Assembly (NCBI GenBank): GCA_965655095.1
Contig: OZ296652.1
Span: forward strand, 39,680,001 to 39,744,000
Length of the DNA stretch: 64,000 bases
Reading direction: 5' to 3'
From: Haplodiscus bocki
Taxonomy: Eukaryota
Under the pieces are notes generated by a model. It was given only the letters and a program-made list of their open reading frames with translations, had not been told where the DNA came from and did not search any database. A program made the position numbers and the translations under genes. How positions within the stretch are numbered: position 1 is the stretch's first letter; each line of letters begins with the position of its first letter. This document shows positions 23,784 to 38,100 of the stretch, piece after piece.

Positions 23784-26700
23784 CTGTGGTATTTCCACAT
23801 TTGGGATAAAAAAAAGTGTAGCCCTTGCTACATATCTTTGAGCTGTTCTCTTTCTTGTAAAAATACAGTCAAGGTGCTCCGATCTTTAGAAAAATTTTCA
23901 ATTGTTTCTTTACACCCTTGATTCTGAAATGCCCTCTCTCGATCGCCCCAAAAAATTTTCTGCGACATTTGTGGTAACTAAACCACAAGAAGCCATTTTG
24001 GCTGACAAAAGACATTCTATTGGATCCCTTACTTGTCCTTCGGTACCAATTTCTCAACAGAGTTTCAATTAGAATTGAAATATCACATTGCCAACAAGTT
24101 TTCACCAGCAAATGCTAGAGCTATGGTAATTTTCGCGATGAAAAATGTAAAAATTTTCTGTAAGTTTGAATTGATCAACCTGTAGTACAAACTTTTCACG
24201 GGAAAAAATGCAAGTTTGAAAATTTTGAAATTGGTCAGATAAACGCATTTCTGTGTTTAATAGTTCAATTCTTTGTTTAATGCAATGAAAAAGGACCTTT
24301 GTTTGTGATTCGGTGTATCCAATGTCGTTTTCGGGTTTCGGCAGTCGAAGCTTAGTTGTTTTGTCAGCTTGATGAAACCTTTTGAGAATGTCAAGCAAAT
24401 CGCGGAGTGAGGAGCAAAGTTCTTGTTCGGAGATATTTACTTCTGTTACAAGAGATAATGCTGCTTTACTTTCAAAATTCAAAAACGGAAACACTTGTTT
24501 CTAGAAGGCCTTTTGTTGCGACCTTCGCTAAATCATCCTATTCGATGCCGGGACTTGGAAATGTCAAAAACAAGGTTGTAAAAACATCTTTATACGTCCA
24601 ACTGTCCCAAAGTTTTCCTTGTAACTGTTCGTAAAATGATACAGTTTGCACTAACTGGGAAGTGTTTGTTCGACAGCCAACAATAGTTTCCAATCAATAA
24701 TTTCCGCAAAAATTGTTTTTTGGGTGCATAATAGTGAAAGCAATGCGTTTGAATAAACAATGCGACTTCCAGCCTTCCAGTGACGGCAACGCTTTTCTTT
24801 TGACCAATCGTTTTTACACGTCTAACTTTTAACAGTAAATTGCGAAAGTGTGGCACGATGATTGAGAGGAAAATATTAATTAAGTCACTAGTAGAAAATA
24901 CATCAAAAAATCCATGAAACAGAACTCTTCAACAATCAACTTCACAATGTGTGCTAGTTTCGATATTTTTTCTATTTGTAGAAGTCCATCTGATTGGCAG
25001 TTGAATCTAAATTAAAAGTGATAACCAAAATCTAAATCTCCCACAAGCTGTCTCCCTATCAGGGAAACTTGTTCCAATTGTGCGTCTTTGTCCAACAAAT
25101 TGTCAACCTACAGCAGGATCCTTTTTCTACTTGAAAATTTTTCGAGACTACCTGTATTCTGTCTTCCTAGCAAAGGAAAATGTTTCATGTGAGTGGTATT
25201 CTCAGCCACTCTGTCGCCATATGGCAACATCATATATCTACTTGATTATTTTCATCAAACCAACTGTCTCTTTATGCAAGTTCTACTTGCTTAATTTTCC
25301 CCCAGAAAAACAAAAAACAAAATTGTGGCTCAAACATTCATAGAGAACAACCTCACAAACTTTGTGCTAGAATCTCACTTGTCTCTGATTTTTGGGGAAG
25401 CAACATGGTCAATTTAACTTGCGAGTAGAACTACTGATTGAAAACCTCAATGTGGTTATGTGACCAAATTTTGTGCATCTGCTCATGTGAACCTGGCTTT
25501 TAACTGTTCGTAAAAGATTACAATTTTTCTTTGAGCCAATATCTCTCTTGTAAATCTACAGTCAATGTGCTCCGATCTTTAGATTAGTTTTCAAATGTTT
25601 CGTTACACCATTCTTTCTGAAATGCCCTCTGTCGGTCGCTACGAAGAAATTAATTGTGACAGTTGTGGTTACCAAACCACAAGAAGCCATGTTGGCTCGC
25701 TAAAGACATTCTGCTGGATCCCTTACTTGTCCCTCTTATACCAACTTCTCAACAGAGTTTCAAGTTGAATTGGAATATCACCTTGCCAACAAACTTTCAC
25801 CAGCAAATGCTAGAGCTGTAATAATTTTGGCAATAGAAATTGTAAAAAATTTCTGTAAGTGTGAACTGATTAACCTGTAGTTCAAAATTTGCAAGGGAAA
25901 AAATGCATTTTGGAATATTTTGAAAAAAGAATGATGAGCGCATTTGTCTGTTTCATAGTTAAATGGTTTGTCTATAGCAATGTAAAAAGACATTGTTTTG
26001 TGATTGGGTAGATCCAATCTCATTTTTGGGTTCCGGCAGTCGAACCTCTGATATTTTGCCGGCTTGAGGAAACGTCTTGAAAAATTCAAGCGAATTGTGG
26101 AGTGAGGAACCAATTTCTTGATCGGCGATTTTCACTTCTGTTTCAAGGGATAACGCTGCGTTGTCTTCAAACTTCAAGAAAGGAAATTTTTGTTTCTAGA
26201 AGATGATGTTCTATTGCGGCCTTTGCGAACTCGTGCTGTTCTAAGCCGGGACTTGGAAATGTCGAAAATAATGTTGTTAGAATAAATATCTACGTCCAAC
26301 TATCCCAAAATTTTTTGGTAACTGTTGGTTAAATGGTAGACTTTGAGCTAATTGGGAAATATTTTCCCGACAGCCGACAATTTCTTTCAGTCAGTAATTT
26401 CTGCATTTTTTTTGGAGGTATAATCGTGAAAACTATGCGTCTGGATGAAAACTCTGACTTCCAGCCTTCCAGTTTTAACAACACTTTTCTTTGGGCCAAT
26501 CGCTTTTAAGCGTCTCACTTTTAAAAGTATACTGTGAAACTATGGTAATATTGATACCATAATGATTGAGATGAAGAATAGATGACTAAACCAATAGAAG
26601 AACATACGTAAACAATTCCACGAATCAGAAGTTTTTAAACAATTAACTGCGCAATGTGCGTTATTCTCGTTTTTTTGTGGAACTCTTCTGATTGGCAGTT

Positions 26701-29551
26701 AAATCTAATTTAAACATGATAACCAAAATCTAACTCTCACACAAACTGTCTCCCTATCAAGGGAACTTGTTCCATTGGTGCGTTCTTCTCCGACAACTTG
26801 TCGCCCTACCGCAGGATCCATTTCTACTTGAAGAAAATTGGAGACTACCTGTTTTGTTACCAAAGGAAAGTGTTTCATGTGAGTGGTCTTCTCGGCCACT
26901 CTGTCGCCATATGGCAGTATCTAATTTCTACTTGAATAAATTCATCAAACAGACTGTCTCTTAATGCAAGTTCTACTTGCTTATTTTTCCCTCAGAAAAA
27001 CAAAGAACAAAAGTGTGGCTCAAAAGTCTGATAGAGAACAACCTCACAAAGTTTGTGTCAGAATTTCACTTGTGTATGAACTTTGGGGAAGCAACGCGGT
27101 CAATTCAACTTGCGAGTGGAAATATTGATGGAAAACCTCACCGCGCTTATGGGACCAAATCTTGTGTATCTGCTCATGTGAACCTGGCTTTTATTTAAAG
27201 TCTCCAAAATATAGTGAATGTGAAATGAACATAACTTTTGTCGCTGGGTAGTGTTTTCCGTATAAAGCGAGAGCAATAGAAAAAACTAGCTCTAACAACC
27301 AATACAGAACAATTTTAAATAGTTTTTGATAAATTTTCGGTCGCGTATCATTTTGGAGCACCAACGTGGTCCCTCCAACTTCAGACCAACAGAGATTTTT
27401 GTGGGTATGTGACCAGTATTTTGTTCCGTGGTATTTCCACATTTGAGATAATGCAAAGTGTAGCAGTTGCTACATATCTTTGAGCCAATATCTCTCTTCT
27501 AAAGCTACAGTCAAGGTGCTCCGATCTTTAGATTATTTTCAGGTTGTTTCGTTACACTTTTGATTCTGAAAAGCCCTCTCTCGGTCGGACCGAAAAAAAA
27601 TAATTGTGACAGTTCTGGTACCCAAACAACAAGAAGCCACTTTGGCTCACAATAGAATTTCTGATGGATCCCTTATTTGTCCGTCTGGTACCAATTTCTC
27701 AACAGAGTTTCAAGTTCATTTGGAATATCACATTGCCAACAAACTTTCACCAGCAAATGCTAGAGCTGTAGTATTTTTCGCGATCGAAAATTTTAAAATT
27801 TTCTGTAAGTTTGAATTGATCAACCTGTAGTACAAACTTATCAAGAGAAAAAATGCAATTTTGATTAAATTGAAAAAGGAATGATAAACGCCTTTGTGTG
27901 TTTGATAGTTCAATGTTTTCTTTAAAGCAATGAGAAAGAACTTTGTTTTGTGGTTCGGTAGATCCAATGTCGTTTTCGTATTTCGGCGGTCGAAGCTTAG
28001 ATGTTTTGTCAGCTTGATAAAACGTATTGAAAAAATCAAGCAAATCGCGGAGTGAGGAACCAAGTTCTTGTTTGGAGAAACTTACATCTGTTACAGGACA
28101 TAAGCTGCTTTACCTTCAAATCTGAAAAATTTAAAAACTTTTTTATAGAAGGCGTTCTGTTGCGGCCTTCGCTAAGTCATGCTGTCCGATGCCGGGACTA
28201 CAAAATGTCAAAAACGATGTTATAAAAATAACTTTGTACGTCAAAATGTCCCAAAAATTATTGTAACTGTTGGTAAAAAGATGCAACTTGCACTCAGTGG
28301 GAAGTGTTTGTTCTACTGCGAAAAATAGCTTCCAATCAGTAATTTCTGCAAAAATCGTTTTTTGGATTCATATTCGTGAAAGCAATGCGTTTGAATAAAC
28401 AAGGCGACTTCCAGCCTTCCAGTGACGGCAACAGTTTTCTTTTGAACAATCGTTTTTACACGTGTCACCTTCAACAAAAAATTGCAAATCTGTGACATAA
28501 TAATTGAGAGGAAATGGGTTAACTAGGTCACTAGAAGAAAACGCATCGACAAATCCACGAATCAGAATTTTTCAACAATCATCTTCACAATCTGTGCTGT
28601 TTTTGATATTTGTTCTCTTTGTAGAATCCTTCTGATTGGCAGTTGAATCTAAATTAGACATCGAAACCAAAATCTAAATCTCACACAACCTGTATCCCTA
28701 TCAAGGGAACTTGTTCCAATTGTGCATTTTTGTCAAACAAATTGTCAACCTACCGTAGGATCCTTTTTCTACTTGAAAAAATTTCGAGACCACCTGTCTT
28801 CTGTCTTCTTGGCAAGGGAAAATATTTCATGTGAGTGGTCTTCTCAGCCACTCTGTCGCCATATGGCAGCACCAATTTTCTACTTGATTGTTTTCATCAA
28901 ACAGGCTGCCTCCCTATGCAGTTTGTACTTGCTTTGTTTTCCCTCAGAAAAAAAAGTGCATAAAAGTGGCTCACAGTTTTTCTAGAGAACAACCGCACAA
29001 AGCATGAGCTAGAATTTCAGTTGTGTATGACTTTTGGGGGAAAGAACGTGGTCAATTTAACTTGCGAATGGAAATATTGATTGAAAACTTCAATGTGGTT
29101 ATGTGACCAAATTTTGTGTATCTGCTCATGTTATTCTGGCTTTTATTTAAAGTCTCCAAAACATAGTGAATGTGAAATGAACTTACCTTTTTATGGATGG
29201 TAGTGTTTTTTTTAAAAAACCACAGCAATACGAAAAACTAGCTCTAACAATCGGTAGAGAACAACTTTAATTAGTTTGTGATAAAGTTTTGGTCGCTTAT
29301 CATTCATGGGACGCCAACGTGGTCACTCCAGCTTCCGACTAACAGCGATTTTTATGGGTATGTGACCAGTATTTTATTCTGGGGTATCTCCACATTTGAG
29401 ATAATACAAAGTGCAGCAGTTGCTACATATCTTTGAGCCATTATCTCTCTTGTAAAGCTATAGTTAAGGTGTTCCGCTCTTTAGATTAACTTCAGATTGT
29501 TTCGTTACACTATTGATTCTGAAATGCCCTCTCTCGGTCGGACCGAAAAAA

Positions 29552-30169
29552 TCAATTGTCACAGTTGTGGCATTCAGACCACAAGGAGCCATTCTGGCTC
29601 AGAAAAGACATTCTGCTTGATCCCTTACTTCTCCTTCTGGTACCAGTTTCCCAAGAGAGTTTCATTTTGAATTGAAAGATAAAAAGGCCCACAAATTTTT
29701 GCCAGCAAATGCTAGAGCTGTGGTACTTTTTGCGATGGAAAATGTAAGAATTTTCTGTGAGTTTGAATTGATCAATCTGCAGTACAAACTTTTCAAGGGG
29801 AAAAATGCAAGTTTGAATATTTTGAAATTGGTGTGATAAACGCATTTGTGTGTTTAATAGTTCAGTGATTTGTTTAATGCAATGAGGACGGACCTTGTTT
29901 TGTGATTTGGTATATTCAATGTCGTTTTCGGGTTCCGGCAGTCGAAGCTTAGTTGTTTTGTCAGCTTGATAAAACGTTTTGAGAACGTCAAGCAAATCGT
30001 GGAGTGAGGAACCAGGTTTTTGTTTGGAGATATTTACTTCTGTTACAAGAGATAATGCTGCTTTACTTTCAAAATTCAAAAACGGAAACACTTGTTTCTG
30101 GAAGGCGTTCGTTGCGGCCTTCGCTAAATCATGCGATTCGATGCCGGGACTTGGAAAGGTCAAAAACAA
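29552..30169 (-). pseudogene. Second near-identical copy of the 205-aa open relic frame
   Basis: It differs from 22008-22625 by only a few residues and arises from the higher-order duplication. Confidence 0.4.
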
Positions 30170-30274
30170 TGTTGTAAAAATAACTTTATACGTCCAACTG
30201 TCCCAAAGTCTTTTTGTAACTGTTCATGAACTGATACCATTTGCACTAACTGGGAAGTGTTTGTTCGATAGCCA

Positions 30275-33200
30275 ACAATAGTTTCCAATCGCTAATTTCG
30301 GCAAAAATTGTTTTTTGGATGCATAATCGTGAAAGCAATGCGTTTGGATAAACAACGCGACTTCCAGCCTTCCAGTGACGGCAACGCTTTTCTTCGGACC
30401 AATGGTTTTTACACGTCTCACTTTAAACAGTAAACTGCGAAACCGTGGCATGATGATTGAGAGGAAAAGGGTTAACTAGGTCACTAGAAGAAAACGCATC
30501 GACAAATCCACGAATCAGAATTTTTCAACAATCATCTTCGCAATCTGTGCTGTTTTTGATATTTGTTCTCTTTGTAGAATCCTTCTGATTGGCAGTTGAA
30601 TCTAAATTAGACATCGAAACCAAAATCTAAATCTCACACAACCTGTATCCCTATCAAGGGAACTTGTTCCAATTGTGCATTTTTGTCAAACAAATTGTCA
30701 ACCTACCGTAGGATCCTTTTTCTACTTGAAAAAATTTCGAGACCACCTGTCTTCTGTCTTCTTGGCAAGGGAAAATATTTCATGTGAGTGGTCTTCTCAG
30801 CCACTCTGTCGCCATATGGCAGCACCAATTTTCTACTTGATTGTTTTCATCAAACAGGCTGCCTCCCTATGCAGTTTGTACTTGCTTTGTTTTCCCTCAG
30901 AAAAAAAAGTGCATAAAAGTGGCTCACAGTTTTTCTAGAGAACAACCGCACAAAGCATGAGCTAGAATTTCAGTTGTGTATGACTTTTGGGGGAAAGAAC
31001 GTGGTCAATTTAACTTGCGAATGGAAATATTGATTGAAAACTTCAATGTGGTTATGTGACCAAATTTTGTGTATCTGCTCATGTTATTCTGGCTTTTATT
31101 TAAAGTCTCCAAAACATAGTGAATGTGAAATGAACTTACCTTTTTATGGATGGTAGTGTTTTTTTTAAAAAACCACAGCAATACGAAAAACTAGCTCTAA
31201 CAATCGGTAGAGAACAACTTTAATTAGTTTGTGATAAAGTTTTGGTCGCTTATCATTCATGGGACGCCAACGTGGTCACTCCAGCTTCCGACTAACAGCG
31301 ATTTTTATGGGTATGTGACCAGTATTTTATTCTGGGGTATCTCCACATTTGAGATAATACAAAGTGCAGCAGTTGCTACATATCTTTGAGCCATTATCTC
31401 TCTTGTAAAGCTATAGTTAAGGTGTTCCGCTCTTTAGATTAACTTCAGATTGTTTCGTTACACTATTGATTCTGAAATGCCCTCTCTCGGTCGGACCGCA
31501 AAAATCAATTGTCAGAGTTGTGGCATTCAGACCACAAGGAGCCATTCTGGCTCACAAAAGACATTCTGCTTGATCCCTTACTTCTCCTTCTGGTACCAGT
31601 TTCCCAAGAGAGTTTCATTTTGAATTGAAAGATAAAAAGGCCCACAAATTTTTGCCAGCAAATGCTAGAGCTATGGTAATTTTCGCGATGAAAAATGTAA
31701 AAATTTTCTGTAAGTTTGAATTGATCAACCTGTAGTACAAACTTTTCACGGGAAAAAATGCAAGTTTGAAAATTTTGAAATTGGTGAGATAAACGCATTT
31801 CTGTGTTTAATAGTTCAATTCTTTGTTTAATGCAATGAAAAAGGACCTTTGTTTCTGATTCGGTGTATCCAATGTCGTTTTCGGGTTTCGGCAGTCGAAG
31901 CTTAGTTGTTTTGTCAGCTTGATGAAACCTTTTGAGAATGTCAAGCAAATCGCGGAGTGAGGAGCAAAGTTCTTGTTCGGAGATATTTACTTCTGTTACA
32001 AGAGATAATGCTGCTTTACTTTCAAAATTCAAAAACGGAAACACTTGTTTCTAGAAGGCCTTTTGTTGCGACCTTCGCTAAATCATCCTATTCGATGCCG
32101 GGACTTGGAAATGTCAAAAACAAGGTTGTAAAAACATCTTTATACGTCCAACTGTCCCAAAGTTTTCCTTGTAACTGTTCGTAAAATGATACAGTTTGCA
32201 CTAACTGGGAAGTGTTTGTTCGACAGCCAACAATAGTTTCCAATCAATAATTTCCGCAAAAATTGTTTTTTGGGTGCATAATAGTGAAAGCAATGCGTTT
32301 GAATAAACAATGCGACTTCCAGCCTTCCAGTGACGGCAACGCTTTTCTTTTGACCAATCGTTTTTACACGTCTGACTTTTAACAGTAAATTGCGAAACTG
32401 TGGCACGATGATTGAGAGGAAAATGTTATTTAAGTCACTAGTAGAAAATACATCGAAAAATCCATGAAACAGAACTCTTCAACAAACAACTTCACAATCT
32501 GTGCTAGTTTCGATATTTTTTCTATTTGTAGAAGTCCTTCTGATTGGCAGTTGAATCTAAATTAAAAGTGATAACCAAAATCTAAATCTCCCACAAGCTG
32601 TCTCCCTATCAGGGAAACTTGTTCCAATTGTGCGTCTTTGTCCAACAAATTGTCACCCTACCGCAGGATCCTTTTTCTACTTGAAAATTTTTCGAGACTA
32701 CCTGTATTCTGTCTTCCTAGCAAAGGAAAATGTTTCATATGAGTGGTATTCTCAGCCACTCTATCGCCATACGGCAACATCATATGTCTACTTGATTATT
32801 TTCATCAAACCAACTGTCTCTTTATGCAAGTTCTACTTGCTTATTTTTCCCTCAGAAAAACAAAGAACAAAATCGTGGCTCAAACATTCATAGAGAACAA
32901 CCTCACAAAGTTTATGCTAGAATTTCACTTTTCTTTGATTTTTTGGAAGCAACATGGTCAATTTAACTTGCGACTAGAAATAATGATTGAAAACCTCAAT
33001 GTGGTTATGTGACCAAATTTTGTGCTTCTGCTCATGCGAACCTGGCTTTTAATTAAAGTATCCAAAACATAGTGAATGTGAAATGAACATAACTTTTTAT
33101 CGATGGAAGTGTTTTTTGTATAAAACCAGAGCAATACAAAAACTAGCTCTAGCAATTGATAGAGAACAACTTTCGATAGTTTGTGATAAAAGTTCAGTCA

Positions 33201-36200
33201 GTTATCGTTTATGGGCCCCCAACGTGGTCACTCTAACGTCAGACTAACAGAGTTTTTTATGTTTATGTGACCAATATTTTGTTCTGTGGTTTTTCCACAT
33301 TTGGGATAATTTAAAGTGTAGCCGTTGCTACATATCTTTGAGCTGTTCTCTTTCTTGTAAACTTACAGTCAATGTGCTCCGATCTTTAGATTAATTTTCA
33401 AATGTTTCGTTACACCATTCAATCTGAAATGCCCTCTCTCGGTCGCTACGAAGAAATTACTTGTGACAATTGTGGTAACTAAACCACAAGAAGCCATTTT
33501 GGCTCCCAAAAGACATTCTATTGGATCCCTTACTTGTCCTTCGGTACCAATTTCTCAACAGAGTTTCAATTTGAATTGAAATATCACATTGCCAACAAAT
33601 TTTCACCAGCAAATGCTAGAGCTATGGTAATTTTCGCGATGAAAAATGTAAAAATTTTCTGTAAGTTTGAATTGATCAACCTGTAGTACAAACTTTTCAC
33701 GGGAAAAAATGCAAGTTTGAAAATTTTGAAATTGGTCAGATAAACGCATTTCTGTGTTTAATAGTTCAATTCTTTGTTTAATGCAATGAAAAAGGACCTT
33801 TGTTTGTGATTCGGTGTATCCAATGTCGTTTTCGGGTTTCGGCAGTCGAAGCTTAGTTGTTTTGTCAGCTTGATGAAACCTTTTGAGAATGTCAAGCAAA
33901 TCGCGGAGTGAGGAGCAAAGTTCTTGTTCGGAGATATTTACTTCTGTTACAAGAGATAATGCTGCTTTACTTTCAAAATTCAAAAACGGAAACACTTGTT
34001 TCTAGAAGGCCTTTTGTTGCGACCTTCGCTAAATCATCCTATTCGATGCCGGGACTTGGAAATGTCAAAAACAAGGTTGTAAAAACATCTTTATACGTCC
34101 AACTGTCCCAAAGTTTTCCTTGTAACTGTTCGTAAAATGATACAGTTTGCACTAACTGGGAAGTGTTTGTTCGACAGCCAACAATAGTTTCCAATCGCTA
34201 ATTTCGGCAAAAAATGTTTTTTGGATGCATAATCGTGAAAGCAATCCGTTTGGATAAACAACGCGACTTCCAGCCTTCCAGTAACGGCAACGCTTTTCTT
34301 CGGACCAATGGTTTTTACACGTCTCACTTTAAACAGTAAACTGCGAAACCGTGGCATGATGATTGAGAGGAAAAGGGTTAACTAGGTCACTAGAAGAAAA
34401 CGCATCGACAAATCCACGAATCAGAATTTTTCAACAATCATCTTCACAATCTGTGCTGTTTTTGATATTTGTTCTCTTTGTAGAATCCTTCTGATTGGCA
34501 GTTGAATCTAAATTAGACATCGAAACCAAAATCTAAATCTCACACAACCTGTATCCCTATCAAGGGAACTTGTTCCAATTGTGCATTTTTGTCAAACAAA
34601 TTGTCAACCTACCGTAGGATCCTTTTTCTACTTGAAAAAATTTCGAGACCACCTGTCTTCTGTCTTCTTGGCAAGGGAAAATATTTCATGTGAGTGGTCT
34701 TCTCAGCCACTCTGTCGCCATATGGCAGCACCAATTTTCTACTTGATTGTTTTCATCAAACAGGCTGCCTCCCTATGCAGTTTGTACTTGCTTTGTTTTC
34801 CCTCAGAAAAAAAAGTGCATAAAAGTGGCTCACAGTTTTTCTAGAGAACAACCGCACAAAGCATGAGCTAGAATTTCAGTTGTGTATGACTTTTGGGGGA
34901 AAGAACGTGGTCAATTTAACTTGCGAATGGAAATATTGATTGAAAACTTCAATGTGGTTATGTGACCAAATTTTGTGTATCTGCTCATGTTATTCTGGCT
35001 TTTATTTAAAGTCTCCAAAACATAGTGAATGTGAAATGAACTTACCTTTTTATGGATGGTAGTGTTTTTTTTAAAAAACCACAGCAATACGAAAAACTAG
35101 CTCTAACAATCGGTAGAGAACAACTTTAATTAGTTTGTGATAAAGTTTTGGTCGCTTATCATTCATGGGACGCCAACGTGGTCACTCCAGCTTCCGACTA
35201 ACAGCGATTTTTATGGGTATGTGACCAGTATTTTATTCTGGGGTATCTCCACATTTGAGATAATACAAAGTGCAGCAGTTGCTACATATCTTTGAGCCAT
35301 TATCTCTCTTGTAAAGCTATAGTTAAGGTGTTCCGCTCTTTAGATTAACTTCAGATTGTTTCGTTACACTATTGATTCTGAAATGCCCTCTCTCGGTCGG
35401 ACCGCAAAAATCAATTGTCAGAGTTGTGGCATTCAGACCACAAGGAGCCATTCTGGCTCACAAAAGACATTCTGCTTGATCCCTTACTTCTCCTTCTGGT
35501 ACCAGTTTCCCAAGAGAGTTTCATTTTGAATTGAAAGATAAAAAGGCCCACAAATTTTTGCCAGCAAATGCTAGAGCTATGGTAATTTTCGCGATGAAAA
35601 ATGTAAAAATTTTCTGTAAGTTTGAATTGATCAACCTGTAGTACAAACTTTTCACGGGAAAAAATGCAAGTTTGAAAATTTTGAAATTGGTGAGATAAAC
35701 GCATTTCTGTGTTTAATAGTTCAATTCTTTGTTTAATGCAATGAAAAAGGACCTTTGTTTCTGATTCGGTGTATCCAATGTCGTTTTCGGGTTTCGGCAG
35801 TCGAAGCTTAGTTGTTTTGTCAGCTTGATGAAACCTTTTGAGAATGTCAAGCAAATCGCGGAGTGAGGAGCAAAGTTCTTGTTCGGAGATATTTACTTCT
35901 GTTACAAGAGATAATGCTGCTTTACTTTCAAAATTCAAAAACGGAAACACTTGTTTCTAGAAGGCCTTTTGTTGCGACCTTCGCTAAATCATCCTATTCG
36001 ATGCCGGGACTTGGAAATGTCAAAAACAAGGTTGTAAAAACATCTTTATACGTCCAACTGTCCCAAAGTTTTCCTTGTAACTGTTCGTAAAATGATACAG
36101 TTTGCACTAACTGGGAAGTGTTTGTTCGACAGCCAACAATAGTTTCCAATCAATAATTTCCGCAAAAATTGTTTTTTGGGTGCATAATAGTGAAAGCAAT

Positions 36201-38100
36201 GCGTTTGAATAAACAATGCGACTTCCAGCCTTCCAGTGACGGCAACGCTTTTCTTTTGACCAATCGTTTTTACACGTCTGACTTTTAACAGTAAATTGCG
36301 AAACTGTGGCACGATGATTGAGAGGAAAATGTTAATTAAGTCACTAGTAGAAAATACATCGAAAAATCCATGAAACAGAACTCTTCAACAAACAACTTCA
36401 CAATCTGTGCTAGTTTCGATATTTTTTCTATTTGTAGAAGTCCTTCTGATTGGCAGTTGAATCTAAATTAAAAGTGATAACCAAAATCTAAATCTCCCAC
36501 AAGCTGTCTCCCTATCAGGGAAACTTGTTCCAATTGTGCGTCTTTGTCCAACAAATTGTCACCCTACCGCAGGATCCTTTTTCTACTTGAAAATTTTTCG
36601 AGACTACCTGTATTCTGTCTTCCTAGCAAAGGAAAATGTTTCATATGAGTGGTATTCTCAGCCACTCTATCGCCATACGGCAACATCATATGTCTACTTG
36701 ATTATTTTCATCAAACCAACTGTCTCTTTATGCAAGTTCTACTTGCTTATTTTTCCCTCAGAAAAACAAAGAACAAAATCGTGGCTCAAACATTCATAGA
36801 GAACAACCTCACAAAGTTTATGCTAGAATTTCACTTTTCTTTGATTTTTGGGAAGCAACATGGTCAATTTAACTTGCGACTAGAAATAATGATTGAAAAC
36901 CTCAATGTGGTTATGTGACCAAATTTTGTGCTTCTGCTCATGCGAACCTGGCTTTTAATTAAAGTATCCAAAACATAGTGAATGTGAAATGAACATAACT
37001 TTTTATCGATGGAAGTGTTTTTTGTATAAAACCAGAGCAATACAAAAACTAGCTCTAGCAATTGATAGAGAACAACTTTCGATAGTTTGTGATAAAAGTT
37101 CAGTCAGTTATCGTTTATGGGCCCCCAACGTGGTCACTCTAACGTCAGACTAACAGAGTTTTTTATGTTTATGTGACCAATATTTTGTTCTGTGGTTTTT
37201 CCACATTTGGGATAATTTAAAGTGTAGCCGTTGCTACATATCTTTGAGCTGTTCTCTTTCTTGTAAACTTACAGTCAATGTGCTCCGATCTTTAGATTAA
37301 TTTTCAAATGTTTCGTTACACCATTCAATCTGAAATGCCCTCTCTCGGTCGCTACGAAGAAATTACTTGTGACAATTGTGGTAACTAAACCACAAGAAGC
37401 CATTTTGGCTCCCAAAAGACATTCTATTGGATCCCTTACTTGTCCTTCGGTACCAATTTCTCAACAGAGTTTCAATTTGAATTGAAATATCACATTGCCA
37501 ACAAATTTTCACCAGCAAATGCTAGAGCTATGGTAATTTTCGCGATGAAAAATGTAAAAATTTTCTGTAAGTTTGAATTGATCAACCTGTAGTACAAACT
37601 TTTCACGGGAAAAAATGCAAGTTTGAAAATTTTGAAATTGGTCAGATAAACGCATTTCTGTGTTTAATAGTTCAATTCTTTGTTTAATGCAATGAAAAAG
37701 GACCTTTGTTTGTGATTCGGTGTATCCAATGTCGTTTTCGGGTTTCGGCAGTCGAAGCTTAGTTGTTTTGTCAGCTTGATGAAACCTTTTGAGAATGTCA
37801 AGCAAATCGCGGAGTGAGGAGCAAAGTTCTTGTTCGGAGATATTTACTTCTGTTACAAGAGATAATGCTGCTTTACTTTCAAAATTCAAAAACGGAAACA
37901 CTTGTTTCTAGAAGGCCTTTTGTTGCGACCTTCGCTAAATCATCCTATTCGATGCCGGGACTTGGAAATGTCAAAAACAAGGTTGTAAAAACATCTTTAT
38001 ACGTCCAACTGTCCCAAAGTTTTCCTTGTAACTGTTCGTAAAATGATACAGTTTGCACTAACTGGGAAGTGTTTGTTCGACAGCCAACAATAGTTTCCAA
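30275..38100. repeat. Near-identical tandem dimer duplication, period 3,906 bp
   Basis: ORF pairs 30675/34581, 31505/35411, 32140/36046, 32630/36536 and 33603/37509 are identical in translation. Only isolated substitutions are visible (e.g. near 30540, 32428, 32944). Confidence 0.9.

Larger units (their letters stand above)
18050..30485. repeat. Higher-order duplication: ~18050-22940 repeated at ~24545-30485 (offset 6,494 bp, then 7,544 bp after a deletion in copy 1)
   Basis: Near-identical ORF pairs 18096/24590, 18586/25080, 19284/25778, 20211/26705 and 21233/27728. The pair 22008/29552 is offset by 7,544. Confidence 0.9.
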
